This document shows, piece after piece, positions 1 to 11,805 of a DNA stretch of 64,000 nt. Numbering within the stretch: position 1 is the stretch's first letter; the number at the start of each line of letters is the position of its first letter. Origin of the DNA: Phoronis australis (taxonomy: Eukaryota > Animalia > Phoronida); the NCBI GenBank assembly GCA_002633005.1, contig NMRA01000088.1:368186-432185 (forward strand), given 5' to 3'. The notes beneath the pieces are model-generated. The model searched no databases. It worked only from the letters and a program-made list of their open reading frames with translations, and was not told the origin of the DNA. Made by a program: the position numbers and the translations under genes.

Positions 1-1229
1 CAACTGCCTGTTGACCTTATTCACAAAGTTACCATTTTAAAAATTGCCTCTGTTTAGGTTTGATAAAAATGCATTTGAGATTTAAATGTAAAGAGGCATG
101 TGGAAAATATCGTATTTCGTTCTGTGATTAAGCACGGAATGCATTGTTTTTTAAAACCTAAAAGGAGGCTCTATGTAATATGGCGACTGCATGAATCAGG
201 CTGGTGATTTGGAGAGATGTTATTTGATCGTATGTCACGCCCTACCCTTGGACCTAGTGACAGTCACTCCAGGATTTGACGCTTAAAGCCTGATGTCAAC
301 TCACCAAATGCGACCTCACTAAATTCCCAGACTGCCAAATAGGAAACGAGTTCACCAAATCTCGCTGGTAAGAGCTGAAAATGAAAAACTGGCTAACTCA
401 AGAAATATCTTTCGGTGTACCCGAGATCAAGTTTTTTCAGGATTGTCTTGTGAGTTCAGTGACGACCAATTTCTACCTCTCGTGATCCAACATCCCACAT
501 GCAGGCTCACCTGAGACACAAAAAAAACATGACCATTCACTTCTAATTTTCGCTGAATGATCTTTCGTCTATTTACTTCCTGTAGCATTTTGAGTACTTG
601 CTCAGATATGGCATGGCGTCTTCATAGCGATCTTATGGTAGAGGTAAAAATAAATTCACGGACTACTAAACAAACTTGGCCCTGCCAGAGCTACGGAGAA
701 GGAATGGTTTGGGGCTTGAACAATACACAGGCTCTGGTATGGGCAGTAAATTGGTGACGGGATTGCCTAGCGAATTGTAGGAATCTGGTGCCTAATGCTG
801 GAGCTCTTGTGCGAAAGCAATTCTCACCTCTAACTGCAGTTAATATGCTTTTATGAATGTTTAATGCAGATATACCCTGAACCTGTATTTGCTAATTTGA
901 AGAAATAATGTGCAATTTACACCACCCATTGCTATACAACCAATCACAAATTGTTTCTATTTCAGATGAGATATGGGGGCTGGGCTTGGAAAAACATGAC
1001 AGCTTATTATTGGTTAAGACACAAGATTGGCATGTGAAATGACCCTAGTGATACGCCCACTTCCAGTTCTTTCCAAGCTCAGAAACCGTGTGTTCGAATT
1101 TGTTTAGTAAAGAATTTGAGACCAATTTCATAATAGTAAGTCATGGAATCTAAAGTTAGATTATGGCCGCCTTAAAGCAGTCTGAGATCCAATGACTGAT
1201 GCTTGTAGCCTGCGTGTTCTGTTTTTCAG

Positions 1230-1273
1230 TTTGTTGAAAGCGATGCCGATGAAGAGCTATTATTCAACATACA
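1230..1273 (+). CDS. PITHD1: PITHD1 internal exon (44 nt, [14 protein letters not shown])
   Basis: Acceptor gtttttcag|TTTGTT, donor ACA|gtatgt. Confidence 0.92.
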
Positions 1274-4200
1274 GTATGTATTGCAAAAGAACTGGGTGAC
1301 TTATGATCACAGTAAACATACAGTATGTATTGCAAAATAACTGGGTGACTAATGATCACAGTGAACATACAGTATGTATTGCACAAGAACTGGGTGACTA
1401 ATGATCACAGTAAACATACAGTATGCATTGCACAAGAACTGGGTGACTAATGATCACAGTAAACATACAGTATGTACTGCACAAGAACTGGGTGACTAAT
1501 GATCACAGTAAATATACAGTATGTATTGCACAAGAACTGGGTGACTAATGATCACAGTAAACATAAAGTATGTATTGCATAAGAACTGGGTGACTAATGA
1601 TCACAGTAAACATACAGTATGTATTGCAAAAGAACTAGGTGACTAATGATCACAGTAACAAAGAATTATTGTCAGCTAATATATATCAATTGTATTTCTA
1701 CAGTCATACTACTATTAATCACATGACTGATTGAAAAAGTTTCACAGGAAACTAAAATTACAATTGGAAGGGTAATATTTACTATGTCTGAAGTGTTCAT
1801 CACATCTCTGTGTTTTTGCTAGTTTCTATTTGCTACAAAAACTCATTGTTTGGGAGACAGGTGTTATGAGGCGCAATTCCAGGATCACAACCAGGACACC
1901 GGTCAACAATGACTGAACATAGAGGGCACTGTACATGACTCCATTGCAGCTGTACAAAAATGATCAAACTGGAAGAATAACTCAGAAGTTCAGAACCCCT
2001 GGGCCCCTCCAGGAATGTGCGTTGTTATGCCGAGAATTGTTCTAACAATTTTTACATCGACATTTTAATGTTTTTGTTTTAATGACAAATGCTTTTTCAT
2101 ATTGACCCATTTCTAACCTTTGAAAAACACACATAAAATCTTGTCAAATGTTTAAATCGTCAGACAGCTGTGTTCTCTCTACACATATTCTAACATAGTG
2201 GTCAAGCATGCTTGAAAAGTCATGTCTGGAAAATGTCAGCCATGTTTGGAAAATGTCAGCCATGTTTGAAAAGTGTCAGCTATGTTTGAAAATATACGAG
2301 CCATGTTTGAAAAGCTATAAGCCATGTTTGAAACGTTATGAGCCATGTTTGAAAAGTTATGAGTCATGTTAATAATCTTGAGCCAAGTTTGATAAGTTTC
2401 AATTCTAAGACTAATGATTGAAAAAATGATGCATTTGGCAATTATTTTATTTTTTTGTACAAAAATTATTGTGACATGCTCTATGTATGGATAATCAGAT
2501 AGGAAGTTTGTGACGTGAAAACATAACCTACAGTTTGCGACATGTTTGGATTTTTAGTCATGGAGACCACTAGGGTGCCATTTCTGTATAATTACTTACA
2601 ATACAGGAGTCTTCCATTACAGAGCAGTCAAACTTGCTCAAATTTTTTCCATTTTTTCAAAAGGTGCTGAAGTCTGCAAGCATTGAAACCCATCTGCCAC
2701 TTGGCACATATTGTGAGATCAATGGCCTTCTCCATGCTTGCAAATATTTAGATTGTGCATTTCCGGCAACAGTCACTTACGGGGGTCCCGGATTTTGAGA
2801 ACCAGTTTGATGCTTGTTATTCAGTGGAGAAAACTGGTTTTCAAAATGCGGGACCTGGGATTGGTCATGCCCTTTATCTGCTTGTGTTGAGCATATTGCA
2901 CCGTCCATCAATGCAATTGGCACACATTATCCAGTTGCATACTCATGACATGGGCATGATTGACCTCTTCCACAATCACTTGTTACTACAGTTGACTGTG
3001 GTAATTCTTCATGGATTTAAGAGGCAATAAACTTACACCTTTTAAGACAGTCAATACCTTCCGTCTTTTTAATTTCAGATTCACGGGCAGCGTCAAGTTG
3101 AAAGGCATGATTGTGATTGGTGAGAATGATGACATGCATCCCAGCAGGATGAAACTGTGAGTCTCAGCCGGGACATGTCTCTTTAAATGATCATAAACCG
3201 GCATGAGATTCTTTGAATGTGCTGGAAGTTAGTGCGGTTTCCCGCATTGCTTTGTTATATTCTGTAGTGGCCATAAAATGATAACAGAGTGGAATAACAG
3301 ATTCACACAAGATCCTCAGTAAGAAGGAGTGGGTCTCTTTTGGAATAATGGTAAAATATGAGAAAGCTACCATGAGGGCTCTTTCAGATCGCTTTGTATG
3401 GCTGGCATTGGGCACATTCATGGAAAATGTGAACAAGACGTCAATAATTTTTCAACATTGTTTCTTACGAAAGGACTGTTAAACTATTGGAAGTTGATCA
3501 CTTGTCAACGATGACCTTGCCAACTTATCTCTCAGCAGCTGCATTGCTGACAAAGTCAACGCCAGCTGACCATGACAAATCAGGGTGCTGCCACAAGCAA
3601 CACAACTTTCTTAGACGATCCCAACCACTGTTTCTGAAAGAGCTCCTGGGAGCAAAATCACTTGGTTAATTATGTGCTTCCTAGGTATTTACTCTGAACT
3701 AGATGTTTCTAGATTGTAATACTTAGAGACAACCATATGTCCCGCTTGGCGTGAGTATAATGCGATCATTTCATGTGATCAAGATCTGAATGAATGAATG
3801 AATAAATAAAGTTGATTTTAGATTCCTAGTTACTTAGGCACCAGAACTTTAACTGGATGGATGATCTCAGGGGCGGATCCAGGATTTTGAGTTGGGGAGG
3901 CCAGGGTAGAGTATTAGCCAGGATTTTGTCTGTCAGATACTCGCATCCCAACTGCCAAATGTAATCTGGGAGAATTTTAGGGGGGGGGGGGCATGGCCCC
4001 TTTGGCCCCCCTCTAAATTCGCCACTGGATCATGTCACTCATCTAATTCAATAGAAGTAACATATGGCGGCGAATTATCCTCCAGTTGCGTCTTACTGGA
4101 AATATAGTGTGCAAATCGTCACTTGCTGTCTGTATCAACAGATTCTGGATCACTATTCTTGTTCAGGTATAAGAACCGACCCCACATGACATTTGACGAC

Positions 4201-7200
4201 ACAGGCGCCACGCCTGATCAAGAGATTGAACTCCATCATGACCCCACAGGTTCGCTGGAATACACTATTAAGTAAGTAAGTGGATAGTTGGAATACGCGA
4301 AGTCCTGACATATTCTTTCTCTTTACCTAGAACCTGTGACATTGTATGATTGTGGCGGAACAGACTGTCCCGTAATTCTTTACTCGTGATCTTATTCCCT
4401 GCTGAAGTTTTGTGTTAAATATGGCAAACGGAAATTTATTTCTTCAAATTTTTCAATATCAGTAAAAATGTAGAAAATATATCATTAGCTTGATTGTCTA
4501 GATGTCATAAAACAACATTTTTAAACTATCTTGTAATACTTGAAATTGATATGAAAATTACGTATGTCTTTGCAATTATAACTATACCTAATTTTAGTTT
4601 AAACTTTTTAAATGTCATGATGTTTGTATGATTTGTGAATACGCAACTTCAACTGAGAACTAGTTTGTTTATGACACAGTGACTGTATGAATAAGTGTGA
4701 GCCAAGTGAGGCCTAGGGCGATTTTGTTCATGCTTGATTACGTGGGATAATTTGCAGAAAGATAAGTTAAACCCAGATTTCAAATTTCACTCTCTCGTGA
4801 GCATCTGTGGCTATGAAATAAGAAAATGGAGATAGTATGCCAGAGGTTATCAGTTTTTGGCATGGTTTAAATTCTATGAAAAATCAGTTTTTCAAAAGGA
4901 TTCTTGTCCGTAACTATGAAACAAGTGTGTCAGTTGTATTGGCCATAGGTATAATTATCAATCTTGAATTGTGTAAATGTTTACATTAAGAAAATATGAA
5001 CTGAAATTGGCAGCTGCAAAAGTACTACCTTTTCTTACTACTTTTCAGTTCTTCATGAAAAACCTAAGTCAATGAATTTTTGCCGTAATTTATCTTAAGC
5101 AGTCATCTGTGTCATTGACCAACTTGCGTGACTAAACAGCTTTGTTCCATGCTTTCAGAGTAGCCCGGTTCAACAATGTCAATCAGCTGTCTATATACTT
5201 CCCATCCAACTTTGGAGCGGAACAGACACGTATCTATTACATTGGGTTGAGGGGCGAGTTCTTCCAGGTAAAGCGGTCTTATGTGGTCTCCGCAAACAAA
5301 TATGTATGTGCAAGAAACACCCATTAGTACAGCACAGGACAAAAGTAGTCAGGCAAAATACCATTTCAGTTATGACTGTTAATAGGGCTGTCCCGGATTA
5401 CTAGACAATAAAACTCTCCTTTGTTCTGGAGATAAGAAAGGGCATGATCTCGTTTTGGAAATCAGGCACATTTTTGCAGATCATGTTGGTGCCGTGGAAA
5501 TATTCCCGATTTGAGCCGTTCAAAAGTACCGGAATTGAACGGGTATCTTCAAGAAAGGGAATCCTACCTTTTCTGTTCGAAATTAACCCGATGAATTTGT
5601 TTTACCCGCTCACTGCGCATTTACTTGTCTCTCATTGATGTCGAGAAAGTAAAGAACTTCACATCCATGGATATCTGTTATCAACCTTTTTCACAGCAGA
5701 GTTGCTGCCCACAGCACACCAGTAAAACTTTGTTACGGTAGCGACGAATAGAGTAATGCCACCGAGAAGAACTTGCAAAGAATCAGACAACAACAAATAA
5801 CATGTGGAATTCCAATGACACGGAATCAAGGCAGCAAATATGTCTGACTAAAGTTTTTGGCATTGTGGATAAATACAATGAGATTCGAGTTTCGCAGTGT
5901 AATGCGAGACAGTAATATTCTCTTTACCTCAAAAATGAGACGTAATTACTATTATGGTGGCACTATAACTTTCTTGTTGATTCTCCTTCACATTCTCGGT
6001 CATCAGGGGAGACTACTTTGATGAGGAATTCTGTTTCCGCCTGGCCGTCGTGATGGGGATCACTCCGGGTCATTTTGCCTGTGTTGTGTACTGTTACAGT
6101 AGTTGATAGGCTGGTAACAATCAGTTACAGGGGTCCTGGAGTTTGAAAACCAGTTTGTTTCCTGTTATTGAGTGGAGAAATCTGGTTCTCAAAGTGCAGG
6201 ACCCCCCACTATTACTGATGGACAATTTAGTGACACATAATATCAGACGTGTATAATAGTCTATTTTGTGAAATTTCTCAACAAAAATAAAAGTTGAGAA
6301 CAACTGGATTCCATCATTAGAATGATTGTTCCGTACAACAACTAACAACAAAACAAAACTTTTAGTAAAATGTTGAGAATTTTGAGAATTGGTATTTATT
6401 TTTATACAAAGTTGAAGGATTTTTACTATAGACTAAAAAGTCCCAAAATGCTGAATATTTTACATGTTTGATTGTGGCATCACCTAAAACCAAGTTTAGA
6501 AAGTCAAAACTGGCACAGACTGTCTTCACAAGCTCCTATCCATTTGTGACTAAATTTTGTAAAATCCATTGTGTTCAGGTGAAATATTTTATTGCAAATT
6601 ATCAATTGCACAAACAATTGTTGAGCCTTATTTGCTGAACATAACAACAGGTCTGTTTCATAAAACTTTTTCTGTCGTAACTTAGACCTAAATCGGGCTA
6701 ACTTAAGACCAAAATATCTTAGCCCTATTTCATGAAATTTCTTAAGACCAAAATTAAGACCGAAATCAATGTAAGCTAAGACTGACAATTAGCTTGCTAC
6801 GCGGTAGGCTTCACATAAGACTTTTTGTCTAAATGACCAAAATTTACGACTATTTTACCTGTAAACTATTTAGGAATAAATTTTCATTGAAATTTTCTCA
6901 ATCTAATTTCCCTAAACAATGTCAAGTTGAAAATTGTCTGCTTTTGTTTCGAGAGCTGGCAAAGGCCATAGAGACAATACAGTGCAACTTACTGGGACAT
7001 ATCAAATGACATTTTCCAGCCATACCAGGGTGTTCTCAAACGAGATCCCAATTTTATCCAAAATGTCAATAAATCTCCATTTAGACCAAGATTATTCTTG
7101 AAATCGTACTTCACACAACGCCTTGCTTAGTTTTGTGAATTTGCAACAGCTAGCAAAAGCGTAGTTTTTATGTTCACCTATGTGAAAAACAGACTTGATA

Positions 7201-7994
7201 TTTGTTAAGACTGAAGACCAAAATCGGACTTTGTGTTCATGAAATGGTCTTTTCTATTTTTTTCATCTCCAGTCTTGACGTAGCCTAAATTTTGGTCTTA
7301 ATTTAGACAAATGTTTGATCTCGAGTTTTACGTCAGTTTTCATGAAATGGGCCCTAGGTGTCACTGTCACCTTGATCATATTGTCTTGGAACAGCACTAA
7401 TAAGCCTGGGTGAGTTAAAGGTTCATACAGGAATGGTTTTATTAAGTCTAACTCAATGACTTCAAAGTGGAATAAATCAAGTTTTTAGCAGCAAATCGAG
7501 CTTTTGAAATGACCAATGATCTCCATCTGTACTTAATTGTGTATAATTATGACTTTTTACTCACTGTATCAAAAAAGTGCTAAAATGCATTCCCAAGAAA
7601 TACTGTTTTATATAGCTAACAGTGAATGTGATCATAGTCTCAAAACTTCTTTACTTAATTATCAGCAGTAGTCACTTACAGGGGTATTGGATTTTGAGAA
7701 CCAATTTCACGCCCGTTTTTCATTGAAGAAAACTGTTCTCAAAAAGCGAGACCCCTGTGAGTTACTATTACCTGATAATCGTTATGTATGCAATATAAAT
7801 CGTGGAGTTCACTAAGAGTGAAGGTGTAAAACTAAATTCAGATGTCATCCAAGCACAATCTCTGTCATTGTTTCTGTCGACGTTCTTTGCAGGCTGCTAA
7901 GGAGGGGGTCGTCGTCGTCAATTATGAGTTGGCTCCCAATCCTGCGGATCACAAAACTAATCTCATGGACAATGTGAGGCATGAGATTCAGTAG
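1230..7994 (+). CDS. PITHD1: PITH domain-containing protein 1, 5'-partial; join(1230..1273,3079..3156,4167..4271,5159..5267,7893..7994)
   Basis: Five GT-AG exons splice in frame to [52 protein letters not shown]...VARFNNVNQLSIYFPSNFGAEQTRIYYIGLRGEFFQAAKEGVVVVNYELAPNPADHK...HEIQ*. This is recognisably the PITHD1 family ([25 protein letters not shown], NYEAxxNPADH). The first coding exon(s) lie upstream of the window. Confidence 0.95.
1266..1658. repeat. Minisatellite, 49-bp unit x8, overlapping a PITHD1 splice donor
   Basis: Unit aacatacagtatgtattgca(a/c)aagaactgggtgactaatgatcacagta; copies start at 1266, 1315, ... Confidence 0.95.
2205..2397. repeat. Degenerate minisatellite, 20-21-bp unit (gccatgtttgaaaa...)
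   Basis: About 9 visible tandem copies. Confidence 0.85.
2770..2856 (+). mobile_element. ~80-bp palindromic dispersed element (family A, hairpin MITE-like)
   Basis: ggggtccc..ttttgagaaccagttt..aaactggttttcaaaa..gggacc; six copies in the window. Confidence 0.8.
3079..3156 (+). CDS. PITHD1: PITHD1 internal exon (78 nt, [25 protein letters not shown])
   Basis: Acceptor tttttaatttcag, donor gtgagt; phase fits both neighbours. Confidence 0.93.
3868..4027 (+). mobile_element. MITE family B (TIRs CAGGGGCGGAT / ATTCGCCACTG)
   Basis: Terminal inverted repeats; a second copy lies at 46597-46742 in the opposite orientation. Confidence 0.8.
4167..4271 (+). CDS. PITHD1: PITHD1 internal exon (105 nt, [34 protein letters not shown])
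   Basis: Acceptor ttcttgttcag, donor gtaagt. Confidence 0.93.
5159..5267 (+). CDS. PITHD1: PITHD1 internal exon (109 nt, VARFNNVNQLSIYFPSNFGAEQTRIYYIGLRGEFFQ)
   Basis: Acceptor gctttcag, donor CAG|gtaaag; lies within ORF 5142..5327. Confidence 0.94.
5955..6082 (+). repeat. Dispersed repeat (~130 bp); second copy at 14083-14210
   Basis: ttctcggtcatcaggggagactactttgatgagg...gggtcattttgcctg matches the reverse complement of 14083-14210. Confidence 0.8.
6122..6210 (+). mobile_element. Family A hairpin element copy
   Basis: ggggtcctggagtttgaaaaccagttt...tctggttctcaaagtgcaggacccc. Confidence 0.8.
6649..7355. mobile_element. Degenerate Harbinger-like MITE
   Basis: Ends ggtctgtttcataaaact / ttttcatgaaatgggccc; sub-terminal ttaagacc/ggtcttaa repeats. 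Confidence 0.5.
7668..7765 (+). mobile_element. Family A hairpin element copy
   Basis: agtcacttacaggggt..ttttgagaacc..ttctcaaaaagcgagacccctgtgag. Confidence 0.78.
7893..7994 (+). CDS. PITHD1: PITHD1 last coding exon (102 nt including TAG)
   Basis: Acceptor ttctttgcag; encodes AAKEGVVVVNYELAPNPADHKTNLMDNVRHEIQ*. Confidence 0.92.
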   Translation, partial: AAKEGVVVVNYELAPNPADHKTNLMDNVRHEIQ

Positions 7995-8779
7995 CGAGTG
8001 GTCAATCATCTGAAGAAATGAAGAGATAAAACTCAGCGTTGAGCTATTGTGATTGACTGATCACAGCTAAGACCACCAGAGTTCAGTTAAAGGTGCAGAT
8101 GAGATGAACAGGCCAACAGGACAGTGTTGGTCTTCTGTACTGCCTCATTAGTTTGTGGCATCGAGAGTATGAAACATGTCTTTTGGCATAGGGAGTGTTC
8201 TTATACGAAGGAGTGTGGTAAATCAACTGTCTGTTGTAACCGGATATTGGAGCAGCTAGATTATCCTCATTTATCAAGCAGGTCAAAAAGAATCATTTGT
8301 TTTGATTTCTCTTCGATTTATGTAGTTATACGAGCATCACAATGAATCGCTGTTCACAAATGTTTTAAGTCTGGTCTGCCTGCCACCTATTGGATAGTTG
8401 TGTAATCAACTTCACCACAGCTATAAGTTTCGCGTGTTTTTATTATGCCGCATTTACAACAAAATATTTCTGGTGGTGATTCGTGGACTGTGCTAAAAAG
8501 TAAGGTTAATTTGCAAAATGGAGCCATATGTATTTGAGGCGTCTCATTATTTCGTGTATGGGTAATCAATGGTCAGTGGCAATTCTGAATATGGTCCTGA
8601 AGGGTCGGCTTTCAAGACAAATTTCGTTGTGGTTTTAACAATGTGCCAGTATTAAATATACTGTTGTTTCTTTTCAATGATTTGTGTGTGTAAGTATGGA
8701 GCTTCTGACAGGACATAGTGGAAAAATCCAGGTATTTGCTTTCCTTTATACAATTTTTGCTTTCCCTCCAATACATTCC

Positions 8780-9143
8780 CTAGCACACATATTTGTCTTC
8801 TCCCTGACGCTTCCTTTGCGAGGGTCAACATCTTCAGGATACATGCGGAAAACAACACAGACTTCCTGTTGCGAGCACGTTTTATCACATCTTATAAGCA
8901 TTTCCCCTTCAACCATCTACACCAATGGTGCCGGTCTAACAGATCTGAGTTGTTTTCAATAAAGTTCACGGCATCTGTGATGTCAGAATGTCTGTGTCTT
9001 CGAGAAAGCCCTAAAGATTTAAGAATTCTTCTCAAATGCCTGTCGCTAACGACCATGCAATTGTAAATACGATAATGCATGTAGAATGCCCCTATATATC
9101 TCTTCCAAATCAAAGTAAACCTATTAATTGAACAGTCTGTCAT
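8780..9143 (-). mobile_element. Decayed N-terminal fragment of an integrase-core (DDE) DNA-transposon transposase
   Basis: Frameshifted pieces VYFDLEEIYRGILHAL / VVSDRHLRRILKSLGLSRRHRHSDITDAVNFIE / RW...KC / YPEDVDPRK. They resemble, from memory, the IS.RHL.RIL..LGL.RR...G...GYRW...DPEGV..R region of animal integrase-core transposases; no search was run. Confidence 0.55.
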
Positions 9144-9493
9144 TTTCGGTGCCAGGCATTTTACAGAAAGCAGGTCAAACTAGTTCATGCAAAGAAAATT
9201 TTTGAGGGCCAATACAAAATCTTGAAATTGATTTTCCACGTCATGTCCCGTAAGCAACTCTGTAGATGAGAAATTTATTGATCGAAATATTGAAGACCTA
9301 CGATATGGTTACAACAATCTGATGTACTCCTATGTTGCACGGTGATGCTACAATAAAATACATGCTTCCATCACAAAAACCAGCTAAGTCAAATTGGAGG
9401 TTATTTCAGGACTTCAAAAGAAGTGACAGTTCATTATGAAGTATCATAACTCAGCAAAATTGTGGCCATCCAAGTGAATAGTAGGTGAGCTTG

Positions 9494-9640
9494 GAATGTT
9501 GAATTATTGCATAGAATGGGATGTTGAATTATGGGAGAATGGAATGTTGAATTATGGGATAGAATAGGATGTTGAATTATGGGATAGAATGAGATGTTGA
9601 ATTATGGGATAGAATGGAATGTTGAATTATGGGATAGAAT
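9494..9640. repeat. Minisatellite, ~23-bp unit (gaatgttgaattatgggatagaa...) x6
   Basis: Direct tandem copies. Confidence 0.9.
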
Positions 9641-10920
9641 TCGCTGCTTCCATTTCATAAGCCACGATTTTTTACCACGAGTGCAAGCTAATGTCTTGTG
9701 CTTACAGAAGGCTGTCCTGGTGAACTGTGTTTCAAATTATAATTATAATGCAGCAAAGAAATGTTGCACACACACACTCTGACAAGAGCTGCAGACAAAT
9801 CAGTGGACATCATCGTGCCTGCTTTGTAATGTTCGGTTGCTTTGATGGTGCATACCACAAGTGCAACGTCGAATGTAGAGAATAGAAGTTGATTTGGTTA
9901 CTGCAAACTTTGGTAACAAAGAACGTTTTGGAAAGTATTCAATGTTTTATTAGTGTGTCATGTGACCCCTTCTTGTTAAATGGTCTTGCATGAGCTCATT
10001 CAACTGGTATCGGACACTCTACAAGTTGATTCTACAATTTTACTGTTCATTTCCACATTTCAAACCAGTTATCTGGAGTGAGGGAACTCTATTAAGTCCT
10101 CAACAACAAGTACACAAGCATCACAGAAGAAATTATCTTGCCTTTTTCCACTTCCGCTCGCTGGCCAACTGATATTTTTCAAGGCAACAGAATGGAACTT
10201 GTGGCCTGTGCTGCCATCTAACTGCAATAAGTTGTACATCCACAAGGGTACCAGACAATAGTGTGCATGAGCTCTGAACCATTGAAACATCCCCTTGAAC
10301 CTCTGAATCATACTTATGAACCACAACGTTTTACTCACGAACAAAAATTGCACATACGAACCGTAAATGTAAGGAGAACCACATTATTTCAGTGCCGTTC
10401 ATATGAATGATTCGATGTTCATAAGTTGGATTTTACCTTGAACGGCTAATTTTGAGGTTCGTACGAGTGATATGGTTCGAGTGGATAATTCAGTCGTTCT
10501 TGTAGATGATTCATTGATACTGGCATACAATTTGAACTTCGTATGTATGACTGCACAATACCAATGACTCAGTAATAGCGTAGACAATTGTATCATAGAT
10601 TCTTACCAGCTCGCAATTTACAAAATGTTGGCAGAAGAATGTGGAGTGTAATTAGAGTCTACATTCAACATTATGTTACGGACTTGCCAATTTCAGACAA
10701 AATTATCGCCAAAACTGCACTTTTTCATTTTTCAAAAACTTTTAAAATCGTTGCAAATTCCCATACATTTTCAAAATATTGTCTGATGTCACTGATAGTG
10801 CAGAGGTTGAACATTAAAAAGCATTCATTTGGTGCTGCATATCTAACACGAACTAATGAAATGTCATTTGTCTGCCATATTTCATCCTAAAATCGTGAGA
10901 TTTCACCGTAGATGCATTTT

Positions 10921-10926
10921 TTTATT
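10921..10926 (-). promoter_or_regulatory. Candidate MRPL15 polyadenylation signal (AATAAA)
   Basis: tttatt on the + strand, ~420 nt past the MRPL15 stop. Confidence 0.35.
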
Positions 10927-11343
10927 TTATAAAAATTGTATTCACAGTCTACAATCATCTTACTTACAACAAGATGTAGATAAAACAGGTTACAGACATT
11001 TTGCACAATGCTGATGTTTCTCCCTTAACTGATAGTAGCAGCACAGGTCACCAATGGTTTTGAACAGTAATTCTTCACCTGTTTAGCGCACACTATAGTG
11101 GATTGGTGAAATTTTGTTTAGAAAATTTTACTCTATAAAACAACACTTGGTTAAGTGTACATCATTAGCAGTGTGGTAATCTGGCTTTGAATGAAAGAAA
11201 AACAACCATTTTGGAAAAAAATGCGCAAAATAAGCGAAGAATTACGGTACTAACAGACTTCACACATGACCTAAAGTAATGACTTGAAGTGAATCACAGT
11301 CTCTACACAAAACATAACACACTTCATGGTAGTGTCTATCCTA

Positions 11344-11805
11344 CTATGATTTATAATATTCCTGATAAAACTCATCATCTGGAACAAGCACTGATTCATT
11401 CACTAAGTTCACAATCCATCCTGGTTCAAGACCGAACCATATTTGTCTGGGATCTTTCCTCTTCACCAGCATTTCGAAAGCCGAATCTTCAGTCAAGTCG
11501 GGCAACTCATACCCAAATTTCTGTGCCGTGGCTAGTCTAGCTGCTGCGATCTCATTCGGATCTGCCAGGTATCCTCGATTTCGAGCGTCTGTGTAAAATT
11601 CCACGGCATCCTGAGGTGGCAGCTTACACCGCGGTATTGGCTTTCCGCTTCTGAAGAACTTCACTGGATCGATGAGTGCTCGAAGACAAGCAGGGTCGTA
11701 GTATCGTGTCGTTATTGTGCCTCCGTTTCGTTCTACGGCAGCGATGACGGGTTCAGCAGCCCACTGGACTTCTACATTGATTTTAGCTTGGAATATATCA
11801 GCTCC
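11344..11805 (-). CDS. MRPL15: MRPL15 exon 4 (last, 462 nt including stop)
   Basis: ORF 11344..11847; minus-strand acceptor cttttacttttcaag|GGAGCT. Confidence 0.95.
   Translation of the reverse strand, partial: GADIFQAKINVEVQWAAEPVIAAVERNGGTITTRYYDPACLRALIDPVKFFRSGKPIPRCKLPPQDAVEFYTDARNRGYLADPNEIAAARLATAQKFGYELPDLTEDSAFEMLVKRKDPRQIWFGLEPGWIVNLVNESVLVPDDEFYQEYYKS

Noticed and set aside
1266-1658. Regularly spaced repeats as a CRISPR array (also 9494-9640, 11931-12052, 31316-31460)
   Set aside because: Units are contiguous with no unique spacers, the context is eukaryotic and there are no cas genes; these are minisatellites.
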